Source: Acidobacteriaceae bacterium
GTDB taxonomy: Bacteria > Acidobacteriota > Terriglobia > Bryobacterales > Bryobacteraceae
Length of the DNA: 64,000 nt
Reading direction: 5' to 3'
NCBI GenBank assembly: GCA_043788745.1
Contig: JAYVTO010000310.1
Coordinates: 1,168 to 65,167, forward strand
A program made the position numbers and the translations under genes. This document shows, piece after piece, positions 54,286-63,733 of this stretch (within the stretch, counting starts at the first letter, position 1; each line of letters opens with the position of its first letter). The notes under the pieces were generated by a model. The model was not told the origin of the DNA and made no database searches. It saw only the letters and a program-made list of their open reading frames with translations.

Positions 54286-56820
54286 TCACTGCAACAAATC
54301 CGCAACTCGCTCGATTGCGTCCTCAAGCCGCTGTGGTTTCGTTAGAACGCCTGCAAACAGATCGCCGAGCCGTGCGAATCTGGCTGGTGAGTTGCGAATA
54401 TGAAAGTTCCGCGGGTCGAGCTTCGGCGTGACTTCACGCCAAGCCAGCGGCGTCGCGACCGGGGCTCCGGGATGAGGTCTTGGTGCGTAGGGCGCGGAAA
54501 TCGTCTTGCCGCTTCCGATTTGCGCCCAGTCGAAATACACGCGGTCTTTCTCGCGCTTCGAAACCGCGCGCGGAGTGGTGAACAAGTCCGGACGTTCGGC
54601 GGCGCAGATGCTTGCCAGCAACTCGGCAAAGCTCCTTGCCTGCTCGAAGGTGTACGTCGGTTCGAGTGGAATGTAGATGTGCATCCCATCGCCGCCGGTG
54701 GTCTTCGGGTAGCCTTCGAGACCAAGCGCGTCGAGCTTCTTCTTGACCAACAGCGCGGCTTCGACGATGCGGGCGTATGCGCATTCGTGCGGATCGAGAT
54801 CGATGAGCACGTAGTCGGGATGCTCGATCGAGTCGATGCGCGACATCCCCGGATTCTGATCGATGCAGGCGAGGTTCGCAAGGAAAAGGAGCGTTGCGCG
54901 GTCGTGCCCGATAACGTAGTTAATGCCGTCGACCTCGGCGAGGCGAAGCCACTTCGGAAAGCTCTCGGCAGCCTCTTTCTGAAAGAAGAACTCGCCATCA
55001 ATGCCGTTCGGATATCGTTTCAACGACAGCGGCCGGTCGCGCAGGTGCGGTAACAGCAGATCGGAGACCGCGTCGTAGTAGTTGATGAGGTCGCGTTTCG
55101 CGTAGCTTTCGGCCGGCCAGAAGATCTTGTCGAGGTTCGTGAACTTCAGCTTCTGGCCGTCAATTGTCAGCGTCGCTTCTTTCTTCGCCGGGTCGAACAG
55201 CGGGCCTTTCGCGGTCTCGACCGGCGGATCCTCGGTCGCTCTTACTTCGCGCACGCAATCCGCCGGAGCGACATCGTTCCGGAGAGCTACAAACGAAGGC
55301 GCGCGCAGGCGGCCTTCTTCGGTCCACTGTAGGAACTTCACTTGGCAAACGATTTCCGGCCTCGTCCAGGTCGTCTTCGCGGCAATCGACTTGTCCATGG
55401 CGAAGAGCGGCCCCGCGACGATCAGCGGCTGGAGCGCCGCGTGGATCTTCTCCATCATCTTGCGATCCAAACCCGTGCCGACGTTGCCCGCCCAGTCGAG
55501 CTTGCCGTTTGCGTAGAGGCCGAGTACCAGCGCTCCGAACAGTTCGCGTTCACCCGACGTAGAGCCGCAGATCACGAACTCCTGCTGGGAGACGGCTTTG
55601 TACTTCACCCAATTGTTACTGCGTCGCGCCTCATAGAAGGACTTCGCGAGTTTTCCGATGACGCCTTCGAGGCCTTGCGCTTTTGCGGCTTCGAACAACT
55701 TGGCACCGTGCCCGGCGAAGTGCTCTGAGAAGCGGATGTGGTCCGTCGGCGTGAGGACCTCCGTCAACAACCGCTTGCGCTCTGTCAGCGCGACGCCGCG
55801 CAGATCGTAACCATCGAGGTAGACCAGGTCGAACAGAAACAGCACCACGGGGCGCTCGCGCGCGAGCATCGCGGCCGCGCTCGCATCGGAGACATGCATC
55901 CGGCGCTGCAAGAGTTCGAAATTCGGCAAGCCGCGTTCGTCGAGCGCCGCGATCTCGCCATCGAGAATCGCGGTCTGCGCGCGGATGTGTCGCGGGAGGA
56001 CGGAGACCTCGGGATACTGCCGGTCCATCGCGTTACCGTTTCGCGACACCAGGCGCAACGCTCCCTCCTGCAGGTAGCACAGCGCACGCACGCCGTCCCA
56101 CTTCACCTCGTACAGCCAATCGCCCTTCTGCTTCCCGATCGTTTGCGGGTCGCCGAGTACTGCTTTCATCGGCTCCACGCGCTCCGGCATGGGCGCTCGC
56201 GCCGCGCCTTTGATCTTCGACAGGTCGCGCGGCTGGAAATCGGTGTGGGCTTTCGCACCGTTCGCGATCTCGTCTTGGGTGCGCCCCGTAAGCACGCTAT
56301 ACGCGTGCTGTTCCGGATCCCAGCCCGTTGCGGAGTCGGGGTCCTTCTTCTTGATAAGCAGCCATTCGTTGCCGCGCGATTGTGCCGACTTCATCCGCAC
56401 GATGGCGAACTCGCCGCGGGCTTTCTGCCCGTGCAATCGAAACTTGAAATCGCCCCGCTCCAGTTGCTCTTCCGCCGTCTTGTCGCCGAGCACTTCATAC
56501 GTGCCGCGATCCCACAACATCATGCTGCCGGCACCATATTGGCCTCTGGGAATCACGCCTTCGAAGCGCGCGTACTTCATCGGATGGTTCTCGGTCATCA
56601 TCGCCATGCGCTTGACCGCCGGATCCTGCGTCGGACCCTTGGGTACGGCCCACGACTTCAACACACCACCAATTTCGAGACGCAGATCATAGTGCAAGTT
56701 GGTGGCGTGATGCCGCTGAATACAGAACGCCGGGACGCCGCCGGGCGACGGCTCGTCGTCGCCGGTGCGTTCCGGGGTCTGGTCAAACTGGCGCTTGGTG
56801 CGGTATTCTTCGAGTGCCAT
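54286..56820 (-). CDS. ligD: ATP-dependent DNA ligase D (phosphoesterase - ligase - polymerase order)
   Basis: N-terminal PE domain FCIQRHHATNLHYDLRLE, ligase motif I YEVKWDGVR, and a C-terminal primase-polymerase domain (DLDP..., GGDGMHIYIP). Confidence 0.95.
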   Translation of the reverse strand: MALEEYRTKRQFDQTPERTGDDEPSPGGVPAFCIQRHHATNLHYDLRLEIGGVLKSWAVPKGPTQDPAVKRMAMMTENHPMKYARFEGVIPRGQYGAGSMMLWDRGTYEVLGDKTAEEQLERGDFKFRLHGQKARGEFAIVRMKSAQSRGNEWLLIKKKDPDSATGWDPEQHAYSVLTGRTQDEIANGAKAHTDFQPRDLSKIKGAARAPMPERVEPMKAVLGDPQTIGKQKGDWLYEVKWDGVRALCYLQEGALRLVSRNGNAMDRQYPEVSVLPRHIRAQTAILDGEIAALDERGLPNFELLQRRMHVSDASAAAMLARERPVVLFLFDLVYLDGYDLRGVALTERKRLLTEVLTPTDHIRFSEHFAGHGAKLFEAAKAQGLEGVIGKLAKSFYEARRSNNWVKYKAVSQQEFVICGSTSGERELFGALVLGLYANGKLDWAGNVGTGLDRKMMEKIHAALQPLIVAGPLFAMDKSIAAKTTWTRPEIVCQVKFLQWTEEGRLRAPSFVALRNDVAPADCVREVRATEDPPVETAKGPLFDPAKKEATLTIDGQKLKFTNLDKIFWPAESYAKRDLINYYDAVSDLLLPHLRDRPLSLKRYPNGIDGEFFFQKEAAESFPKWLRLAEVDGINYVIGHDRATLLFLANLACIDQNPGMSRIDSIEHPDYVLIDLDPHECAYARIVEAALLVKKKLDALGLEGYPKTTGGDGMHIYIPLEPTYTFEQARSFAELLASICAAERPDLFTTPRAVSKREKDRVYFDWAQIGSGKTISAPYAPRPHPGAPVATPLAWREVTPKLDPRNFHIRNSPARFARLGDLFAGVLTKPQRLEDAIERVADLLQ

Positions 56821-56907
56821 CGAACGTAAGCGGTTGAAAATGTTTGCCTTTCTATGTTATCGCTGAAGAGGGCGCGCGCACAGGCGGCTTACCTGGGGAG
56901 GATCTTT

Positions 56908-57759
56908 ATGGCATCGACGGTTTGGAAAGGCCATCTCACGTTCGGCCTAGTCTCGTTTCCCATTAAACTGTACAGCGCCGCGCGCGGCGAGAGCGTCAGC
57001 TTTAACCAACTGCACAAGCACGACGGCTCGCGCGTCAAGCAGGTGCTGTTCTGCCAGGCCGAAGACAAGCCGATCTCGCGCAGCGAGATCATTAAAGGCT
57101 ACGAGTACGAGAAGGATCGTTACGTCACGATCGAGGACGAAGACATTAAGAAGGTGGCGCCGCCGACTGCGAAGGTGATGGAGGTCCTCGAGTTCGTGAA
57201 GGCCGATCAGGTCGACCCGATCTATTACGAGACGTCCTATTACATGGCGCCGGATGAAGCGGGCGAGAAGCCGTACGCGCTGCTGTTCGAGGCGTTGAAG
57301 AAGTCCGGATATTGCGGCGTGGGCAAGATCTCGATGCACAACCGTGAGCACATCGTGATTTTGAGGCCCGGCAAGAACGGCGTGCTGCTGCACACGATGT
57401 TCTTCAATCACGAAATCCGGCAGGTGGATGAGTTCCGCACCGATCTCGACCTCGTGAAGGAGAAGGAGCTCGCGCTCGCGATGATGCTCGTCGAAACTCT
57501 TGCCGCCGACTTTGAGCCGGCGAAATACAAGGACAGTTTCCGCGAGAATCTGCTGGCGATGATCGAAGCGAAGAAGGCGGGCCAAGAGATTGTTGCCGCG
57601 CCGGAACCGCAACAGCATAAGGTCATCGATATTCTCGAAGCTTTGAAGGCGAGCCTCGCGATGGCGAAGAAGCCAGCGGCCTCCGCTCCGGCAGCGACAC
57701 AGGAAGCAACGGCGATCGCCGAGAAGGCGCCGCGAAGGCGCAAGGCGAGCGGTGGCTAG
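56908..57759 (+). CDS. ku: Ku protein (NHEJ)
   Basis: MASTVWKGHLTFGLVSFPIKLYSAAR... preceded by GGGGAGG. Lys/Ala-rich tail. Divergent from ligD. Confidence 0.95.
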   Translation: MASTVWKGHLTFGLVSFPIKLYSAARGESVSFNQLHKHDGSRVKQVLFCQAEDKPISRSEIIKGYEYEKDRYVTIEDEDIKKVAPPTAKVMEVLEFVKADQVDPIYYETSYYMAPDEAGEKPYALLFEALKKSGYCGVGKISMHNREHIVILRPGKNGVLLHTMFFNHEIRQVDEFRTDLDLVKEKELALAMMLVETLAADFEPAKYKDSFRENLLAMIEAKKAGQEIVAAPEPQQHKVIDILEALKASLAMAKKPAASAPAATQEATAIAEKAPRRRKASGG

Positions 57760-58463
57760 CCTGCGGCCTTCAGCAAAGCAGCGGCGTGAAGTGCGCCTTC
57801 CGGCGTCTCTTCGTGTTTGACGAATACGAACACATCGCATCCGCCGGATACGAGTGCGTTGACGCGTTCCGAGATTTGGGTGCGCTCTTCGACGGAGTAC
57901 TCGACCTTTCGAAGGCGCAGGTACACGAAGTCCGACGTCAAGACCTGCGGCACTTCGAACTTGTCTGACTCCGCCAAACAGAGCGCGATCTTGTGTTTCT
58001 CGAGGATCGCATACACCCTGTCATTGAGCCACAATGCATTGCGGAATTCAAACGCGCAGCGGACTTCTTTGGGTATCAGTTCAAGGAAAGCGGAGAGCAG
58101 CGCTTCATCCGTTTTGAAGTTCGGCGGCAGTTGGAATAGCACCGGACCGAGTCGGCGCGTCGCGCGCAGCGGATCAATCGCTTTGAAGAAGATATCGATA
58201 AATTCAGTTTGCTGCAAGCGATGGATGTGCGTCAGGTTCTGGTGCGCCTTGAGCGCAAACACGAAGGCGTCGGGCGTCTGTTCCACCCAACCGGCGAGCG
58301 TCGACGCCGACGGCAGTCGGCGGAACGTGTAGTTGATTTCGACCGCGTTCAAACGCGTGGCGTAATGCGCGAGGAACTTCTTCTGTGGAAGCTTGTCGGG
58401 ATAGAAATCGGGCTTCCACGCGGGATACGCGAAGCCGGACGTTCCGGCATACAGTTTGGCCAT
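57756..58463 (-). CDS. DUF72 (YecE/UPF0759) family protein
   Basis: MAKLYAGTSGFAYPAWKPDFYP ... LNAVEINYTFRRLPS ... GPVLFQLPPNF are DUF72 hallmarks. Confidence 0.9.
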   Translation of the reverse strand: MAKLYAGTSGFAYPAWKPDFYPDKLPQKKFLAHYATRLNAVEINYTFRRLPSASTLAGWVEQTPDAFVFALKAHQNLTHIHRLQQTEFIDIFFKAIDPLRATRRLGPVLFQLPPNFKTDEALLSAFLELIPKEVRCAFEFRNALWLNDRVYAILEKHKIALCLAESDKFEVPQVLTSDFVYLRLRKVEYSVEERTQISERVNALVSGGCDVFVFVKHEETPEGALHAAALLKAAG

Positions 58464-58572
58464 AGGAAGCCATCATTCTACCGATTCGTCGCTATGGTTG
58501 CAGAATCACCACGGCTGCGCGGCGCTTACTACGCGACCCTTCGGGCCGCTCCGTGCGCGCCTCGAAGCAATG

Positions 58573-58887
58573 CTAGGTGACGACTTTGAACAACTGCTGT
58601 CGGCGCTCCGCCCAAACGTCCGAGCCAAAAATGCGCGGACCTGCTTCAATCAGGCGCGGCAGCAGATAGAAGACGGATGCCGGATTCCATAGCTTGCCAT
58701 CGCGATTGCGGAGGCTTTCTCTTTTTAGCTCGACCGCGACTCCCGAGAGCGGCTTGTCGAGCACGATCCACTCCATCACGCGGATGAGAACGTGCATCTC
58801 GGCGGGGTAATCTTCGAGATGGCGGCCGTCTTCGGCGATCTTTAAGCCGTAGGGAATCTCGACATAGCGATCTGGTCCACGTGCCAT
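58573..58887 (-). CDS. Stand-alone recombinase-domain-like protein (possible serine-recombinase relic)
   Basis: PYGLKIAEDGRHLEDYPAEMHVLIRVMEWIV...SGVAVELKRESLRNRDGKLWNPASVFYLL follows the pattern of the Recombinase domain of large serine recombinases (G...E.EA..V..if......s...ia..LN.....r.G..W....v..iL). No catalytic resolvase domain is attached. Confidence 0.4.
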   Translation of the reverse strand: MARGPDRYVEIPYGLKIAEDGRHLEDYPAEMHVLIRVMEWIVLDKPLSGVAVELKRESLRNRDGKLWNPASVFYLLPRLIEAGPRIFGSDVWAERRQQLFKVVT

Positions 58888-59110
58888 AGTGCCGTTAGCA
58901 GTGCACGCGAGCTGCCGTTGTAACTCACGGAGAATGAGGAGAACGATCAGTAGGCCGCGTCCGAAAACGGGACAGCGCGTGCGAGGGCGAACAGGTTGCT
59001 TCCGTTACGCAGAGTACGGATTGAATCGGCAACCAGCACGACTCGGCCATCGACCTGCATGCATGGACAGTTGCCCTCGGCGTGTCGCCCGCTGACGGCG
59101 AGCGTAAATC

Positions 59111-60400
59111 CTATGATGAACTCACAATTCCTCTGCATTCCCCAAATCCAATCCTGCGGAAGCCTTCGCGATGGCATTCGCCGCGCAAAATAACTTCGTC
59201 GCCGTCCTGCAGAAACGTTCTTGTCTCGCCGCTCGGCAATTGCAGCGGTTCGGTGCCGCGCCACGTAATCTCAAGCAGGCTTCCGCGTTCTGTTTTACCG
59301 GCACCGCTCACGGTGCCGGAGCCGAGCAGATCGCCTGGCCGCAGATTGCAGCCGTTCGACGCATGATGGGCGATCATTTGCGCAAAGGTCCAATACATGT
59401 CGGCGAAAGTCCCGCCAGACAGACATATTGGCTCCAGGTTCTGCGGGCGCATCTGCGCGGTCGACAGATACACTTCAAGCCTGATGCTGAAGCCACCGGA
59501 GGCTTGATCGGCGGCGTCATTGAGGTGAGGCAGCGGAGGAGGATCTCCCGCGGGACGCGCGAACGCCGGAACGCGAAACGGCGCGAGTGCTTCGGCGGTT
59601 ACGACCCAAGGTGAGATTGTGGTCGCGAAGCTTTTCGCGAGGAACGGACCTAAGGGTTGATATTCCCAGCGTTGGATGTCCCGTGCCGACCAGTCGTTGA
59701 GTAGGCACAAGCCGAATAGCCGTTCGTTCGCGCGCGCAATGGGAACGGGCTCGCCGAGGGCGTTGGAGCCGCCGACGAAAGCGCCCACCTCGCATTCATA
59801 ATCGAATTGGCGGCAGGGCCCGAAAACCGGCGGAAGGTCGTTTCCGTTCTGAATCTGGCCCATCGGACGCCGCACGCCAGTCCCGCTCAGAACAACGGAC
59901 GAAGCGCGCCCGTGATAGCCGACCGGAATGTACTTGTAGTTCGCCAACAGCGGATTGTCGGGCCGGAACATGCTGCCGACGTTCGTTGCATGAAAGACAC
60001 TCGCGTAGAAATCCGTGTAGTCGCCGATGACTGCCGGTAGCTGCATGACGCAATCCGCGCGCTTCACCAGCGGAGCCGTGATCATGCCGCCTTTCTTTCG
60101 AAGCAGCCTACTGATGCTGAGTCGCAATTCGCTGAGAGCCGCGGGCTCAAGGGCCATCAGCGCGTTCAGCGATGCGGAGCGGCAGGCTTCGGCTGCGTTC
60201 CCAGCGATCAGGTGAAGACCGACGCAATCGTACAGATCGAGAATGTGGTCGCCGATGGCGCAGCCGAGGCGAGGCGCGCCCCCATCCTTCGTGAACACAC
60301 CCAGCGGAAGGTTTTGGATTGGAAACGGGGAAGCCGGGTCGTTGGCGCAGTCCACCCAGCTTTCAAGCGCGGGGTCGTGTGTTTCGTTCAATTCATGCAT
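59111..60400 (-). CDS. fahA: Fumarylacetoacetase
   Basis: ORF trimmed to ATG 60400. N-terminal SWVDCANDPASPFPIQNLPLGVF and a C-terminal FAH fold (GDLLGSGTVSG, FLQDGDEV). Confidence 0.9.
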   Translation of the reverse strand: MHELNETHDPALESWVDCANDPASPFPIQNLPLGVFTKDGGAPRLGCAIGDHILDLYDCVGLHLIAGNAAEACRSASLNALMALEPAALSELRLSISRLLRKKGGMITAPLVKRADCVMQLPAVIGDYTDFYASVFHATNVGSMFRPDNPLLANYKYIPVGYHGRASSVVLSGTGVRRPMGQIQNGNDLPPVFGPCRQFDYECEVGAFVGGSNALGEPVPIARANERLFGLCLLNDWSARDIQRWEYQPLGPFLAKSFATTISPWVVTAEALAPFRVPAFARPAGDPPPLPHLNDAADQASGGFSIRLEVYLSTAQMRPQNLEPICLSGGTFADMYWTFAQMIAHHASNGCNLRPGDLLGSGTVSGAGKTERGSLLEITWRGTEPLQLPSGETRTFLQDGDEVILRGECHREGFRRIGFGECRGIVSSS

Positions 60401-60408
60401 GTTGCGAC

Positions 60409-61287
60409 CTATTCGGCGTCCAGCCAATGCAGCGCCTGAAGATCGGCGATGGGCTCCTCGAACGAACAGGATCCGAAGGAGATGGCAAAGCCGCTGCGGA
60501 CCTGCTCCAGTTTGGCTGCCGTCAGGCGATAGCCATTCCAGCAAATCTGTTGCTCCGTGATCGTGAAGGAGCGTGCGTCTTGCTCTTCGAGCAGCGGCAG
60601 GAGGGCTTTTGGATCGACACCGAGCCGGATCCAGGATGCCGCGAGAAACACATTCAGAAATCCGAACATCCAGCCGGTTGGCCCGCCGTCGGCATAGGTG
60701 AGAGCGCGATGGCTGAACAGTGGGTGATGAAGTCCGGCGGTGGCCTTGAAGGCGACGTCCGCGCGCGCACAGAGTTCCAGGAAACGCAAAATCTCGGTCC
60801 CTTTCGGAAATGCATCGGGAGTGACACCGCCCGTACGAATCTTCGCGCGGTGGTGCCCGACCGCGATGGCGGCGATCAACTCGGATGGATCGTTATCCAC
60901 CGGGATCTCATAGTTTGCCGTAAGGCCAGGGGGCAATAGCTTCGCGGCCTCCTCGATTTGTGCGGGAGTGTGGGCCTTGAACTCAACGGCGTCGACGATG
61001 GCGCGTCCGAGGAGGCGAGCGTTGAAGTCAGCGACTGCTCGCAGGTCTGCTTCGAGCGTTCCAGTGAGCAGCGCGCTCACGCGCCACGGATCGTCAATTC
61101 CGGCGGGCAACGCTGCTTCGAACTGTTCGAGGCGGGCAGCCGGCACTACGAAACGGCTGAGCGCAAATCGATGCGTTGATTCAGAACGATAGGAGGCAAA
61201 GTTCATGACTGCGGCCTCCATGGACAAAGAAGCCGGCGGAAATAGACCGGCATAGTCGATGAGCTCGCGCAGAAGAGTTCGGATCAA
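60409..61287 (-). CDS. Conserved hypothetical protein (no family recognised)
   Basis: 292 aa. Ends 8 nt before fahA. Distinctive KIRTGGVTPDAFP ... FKATAGLHHPL. Confidence 0.6.
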   Translation of the reverse strand: MIRTLLRELIDYAGLFPPASLSMEAAVMNFASYRSESTHRFALSRFVVPAARLEQFEAALPAGIDDPWRVSALLTGTLEADLRAVADFNARLLGRAIVDAVEFKAHTPAQIEEAAKLLPPGLTANYEIPVDNDPSELIAAIAVGHHRAKIRTGGVTPDAFPKGTEILRFLELCARADVAFKATAGLHHPLFSHRALTYADGGPTGWMFGFLNVFLAASWIRLGVDPKALLPLLEEQDARSFTITEQQICWNGYRLTAAKLEQVRSGFAISFGSCSFEEPIADLQALHWLDAE

Positions 61288-61354
61288 GCCCCTAGGATAT
61301 CAAGTGGACAGGTGCGGGCATGCACTGCGGCAAGGCCGTTATCATAACGAATGC

Positions 61355-62572
61355 ATGCAGCGTGTGTTGGTGGTTGGCGGTGGCATTATCGGCTTGGCGA
61401 CGGCGTTTCGCCTGGGACAGAAATACCGAACCGCGCGGATCACGGTTCTGGAGAAAGAAACTCGCGTGGGGCAACACCAAACCGGGCACAACTCCGGCGT
61501 CCTGCATAGCGGCCTGTACTACAAGCCCGGGTCACTGAAGGCGCGGATGGCCGTTGAAGGTATTCGGGAGATGACGCGGTTTTGTGAGGAGAATGAGATT
61601 CCGGTTGATATTTGCGGCAAGCTCGTTCTTGCGGCCGATGACAGCGAAGTCGGTCGGCTCCGCGACCTCGAAACGCGAGGCGCGCAGAACGGGCTGGCAG
61701 GCTTGCGCTGGATGACGCCGTCCGAATATCGCGAGATCGAGCCGCATGCCGGTGGTGTTGCGGCGCTACGCGTTCCGCAAGAGGGCATCGTCGACTACGC
61801 CGCGGTGTGCGCGGCACTGGTCCGAAAAATCGAACAGCAGGGCAGCCGTGTGGTTACCGGCGCTCGCGTTCAGGCGCTGAAATCAGGTTCTGCCTCAGGC
61901 TCGGAATGGACAGCGGTGACGACCGCTGGTGAGTTCCACGGCGAGTTTCTGGTGAACTGCGCGGGACTGCATTCCGATCGCGTTGCCGAACTTGGCGGCG
62001 GGAGCAGGGACGTGCGCATTGTGCCTTTTCGCGGCGAATATTACAAGATCCGGAAGGAACGCGAATCGCTCGTTCGCCACTTGATCTATCCCGTGCCCGA
62101 TCCAGGGTTTCCATTTCTTGGTGTGCACTTCACACGCAGGATCCATGGTGGGATCGAAGCAGGACCGAATGCGGTACTCGCGTTTTCACGGGAAGGCTAC
62201 CGCAAAACAGACTTTCGCCCCGCCGATTTGTGGGATGCGGTGACGTATGGCGGATTGTGGCGTTTTCTCCGAACGTATCCGCGCATGTGCTTCGATGAAC
62301 TGCGACGATCGTTCTCTCGCGACTTGTTCTGCAAGTCGCTGCAGCGCCTGGTTCCAGAGATTCAACCCCAAGATCTTGTGGAAGGCGGATCTGGAGTTCG
62401 CGCACAGGCGATGGCTCCGAGCGGCGAACTTCTGCAGGATTTTCATTTCGTGGAACGTGACCGCGCACTGCACGTAGTGAACGCGCCGAGCCCTGGCGCG
62501 ACCGCGTCTCTCGCGATCGGCGGCGAGATTGCTGCGCGGTGCGAAGCTCGACTTGCGCAGTCTGGTGCGTAG
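61355..62572 (+). CDS. lhgO: L-2-hydroxyglutarate oxidase/dehydrogenase (FAD)
   Basis: VLVVGGGIIGLATAF ... HQTGHNSGVLHSGLYYKPGSLKA is the LhgO signature. ORF trimmed to ATG 61355. Confidence 0.9.
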   Translation: MQRVLVVGGGIIGLATAFRLGQKYRTARITVLEKETRVGQHQTGHNSGVLHSGLYYKPGSLKARMAVEGIREMTRFCEENEIPVDICGKLVLAADDSEVGRLRDLETRGAQNGLAGLRWMTPSEYREIEPHAGGVAALRVPQEGIVDYAAVCAALVRKIEQQGSRVVTGARVQALKSGSASGSEWTAVTTAGEFHGEFLVNCAGLHSDRVAELGGGSRDVRIVPFRGEYYKIRKERESLVRHLIYPVPDPGFPFLGVHFTRRIHGGIEAGPNAVLAFSREGYRKTDFRPADLWDAVTYGGLWRFLRTYPRMCFDELRRSFSRDLFCKSLQRLVPEIQPQDLVEGGSGVRAQAMAPSGELLQDFHFVERDRALHVVNAPSPGATASLAIGGEIAARCEARLAQSGA

Positions 62573-62602
62573 GCCGCTTGGCGCGGACCGACGCAGGAAG
62601 TT

Positions 62603-63733
62603 CTAGCCTTTGGAATCGAGTACGCCGAGCAGTTTCGCGGCGAACGGCGAGGTGGATTCGTTACGGGCGGTAGGCACCGGCGCGGCGGATGGCGCCGGCT
62701 TAGGGCTTGTCGCGGCGACGACGGGCAACTCGGCCTGGGCGGTTGGCAGCGACTGCGTATCCGGCGCCGGTTCCAGGCGCAGCCAGGTGTCCTTCTTCAG
62801 TGCGCTGCGGTTGAGAGCTGAATTGAAAGAGGTCCAAGTGCCTTCCAGATTCTTATCGTTTGCGATCAGCGCGCGTATCGCCTCCATCTTCGAATCCATA
62901 TTGTCGAGATGGTGCAAGAGTAGGGCTTCCGGGAAGAGCGGGATCTTCGGCGATCCGTAGGCGAGCTCTCCGTGGTGCGACAGAACGAGGTGTTGCACGA
63001 GCAATCGCAGTTTCGGAGGGAAATCCGGAATCCGTCGAATATGATCGTCAACCAATTGCGAGCCGATGACGATGTGCCCCAGCAACTGCCCTTCCACCGT
63101 GTAGGCGAAGCTGCGTTCATAGCCCAGTTCGTACACCTTGCCGATATCGTGCAGGATGACGCCAGTCATCAGGAGGTCGCGATCAATCCCCTGATAGTGC
63201 GCTGCCGTGACCTCGGCCAGCGCAGCGAGCGAGAGTACGTGTTCGAGCAGACCGCCGAGCCATGCATGATGAATCTGCTTCGCAGCGGGTGCCGCTCGGT
63301 AGGCCTTCGCCAGTGCTGCGTCCGAGAAGATTGCATCGAGCAGCGCCTTCAAATGCGGATTGCTCATGGACGCCATCCGGCCTTCGAGTTCGGCGAACAT
63401 CTCGGCCGGATCGCGCTTCGAGGCGGGAAGGTAGTCCGCCAGATCCTGCTCCGCGGAGTCCATGCGTTGCAGCCTGTGAATCGTGAACTGCGGCTTGTTC
63501 TGAAAAATCTGCAACAATCCTTTGACGCGCACAAAGTCGTCGCGCTCAAAGGTGTCCATGACTTCGGACGCGTTGTCCCACATCTTTGCGTCGAGATCGC
63601 CGGACTTATCGGCGAGCGTCAATGAAAGATAGTTCTCCCCCGTTCGTTTCTGACGAATTTCCTTGTATTGAACAAGGAAAACGCCTGTGCTGACCTGGTT
63701 GGCCTGCAACTCAGCGGCGTACGGAGATTTCAT
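62603..63733 (-). CDS. YhaM-like 3'-5' exoribonuclease (OB-fold + HD domain)
   Basis: OB-fold YLSLTLADKSGDLDAKMWD. HD domain GGLLEHVLS ... VILHDIGKV ... HHGELAYGSP. Start at ATG 63733 (ATGA overlap with the upstream gene). Confidence 0.85.
   Translation of the reverse strand: MKSPYAAELQANQVSTGVFLVQYKEIRQKRTGENYLSLTLADKSGDLDAKMWDNASEVMDTFERDDFVRVKGLLQIFQNKPQFTIHRLQRMDSAEQDLADYLPASKRDPAEMFAELEGRMASMSNPHLKALLDAIFSDAALAKAYRAAPAAKQIHHAWLGGLLEHVLSLAALAEVTAAHYQGIDRDLLMTGVILHDIGKVYELGYERSFAYTVEGQLLGHIVIGSQLVDDHIRRIPDFPPKLRLLVQHLVLSHHGELAYGSPKIPLFPEALLLHHLDNMDSKMEAIRALIANDKNLEGTWTSFNSALNRSALKKDTWLRLEPAPDTQSLPTAQAELPVVAATSPKPAPSAAPVPTARNESTSPFAAKLLGVLDSKG

Noticed and set aside
55738-57840. Long ORFs 55738..56829 (+) and 56947..57840 (-)
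   Set aside because: They are shadow frames of ligD and ku respectively, with Arg/His/Leu-rich low-complexity products.
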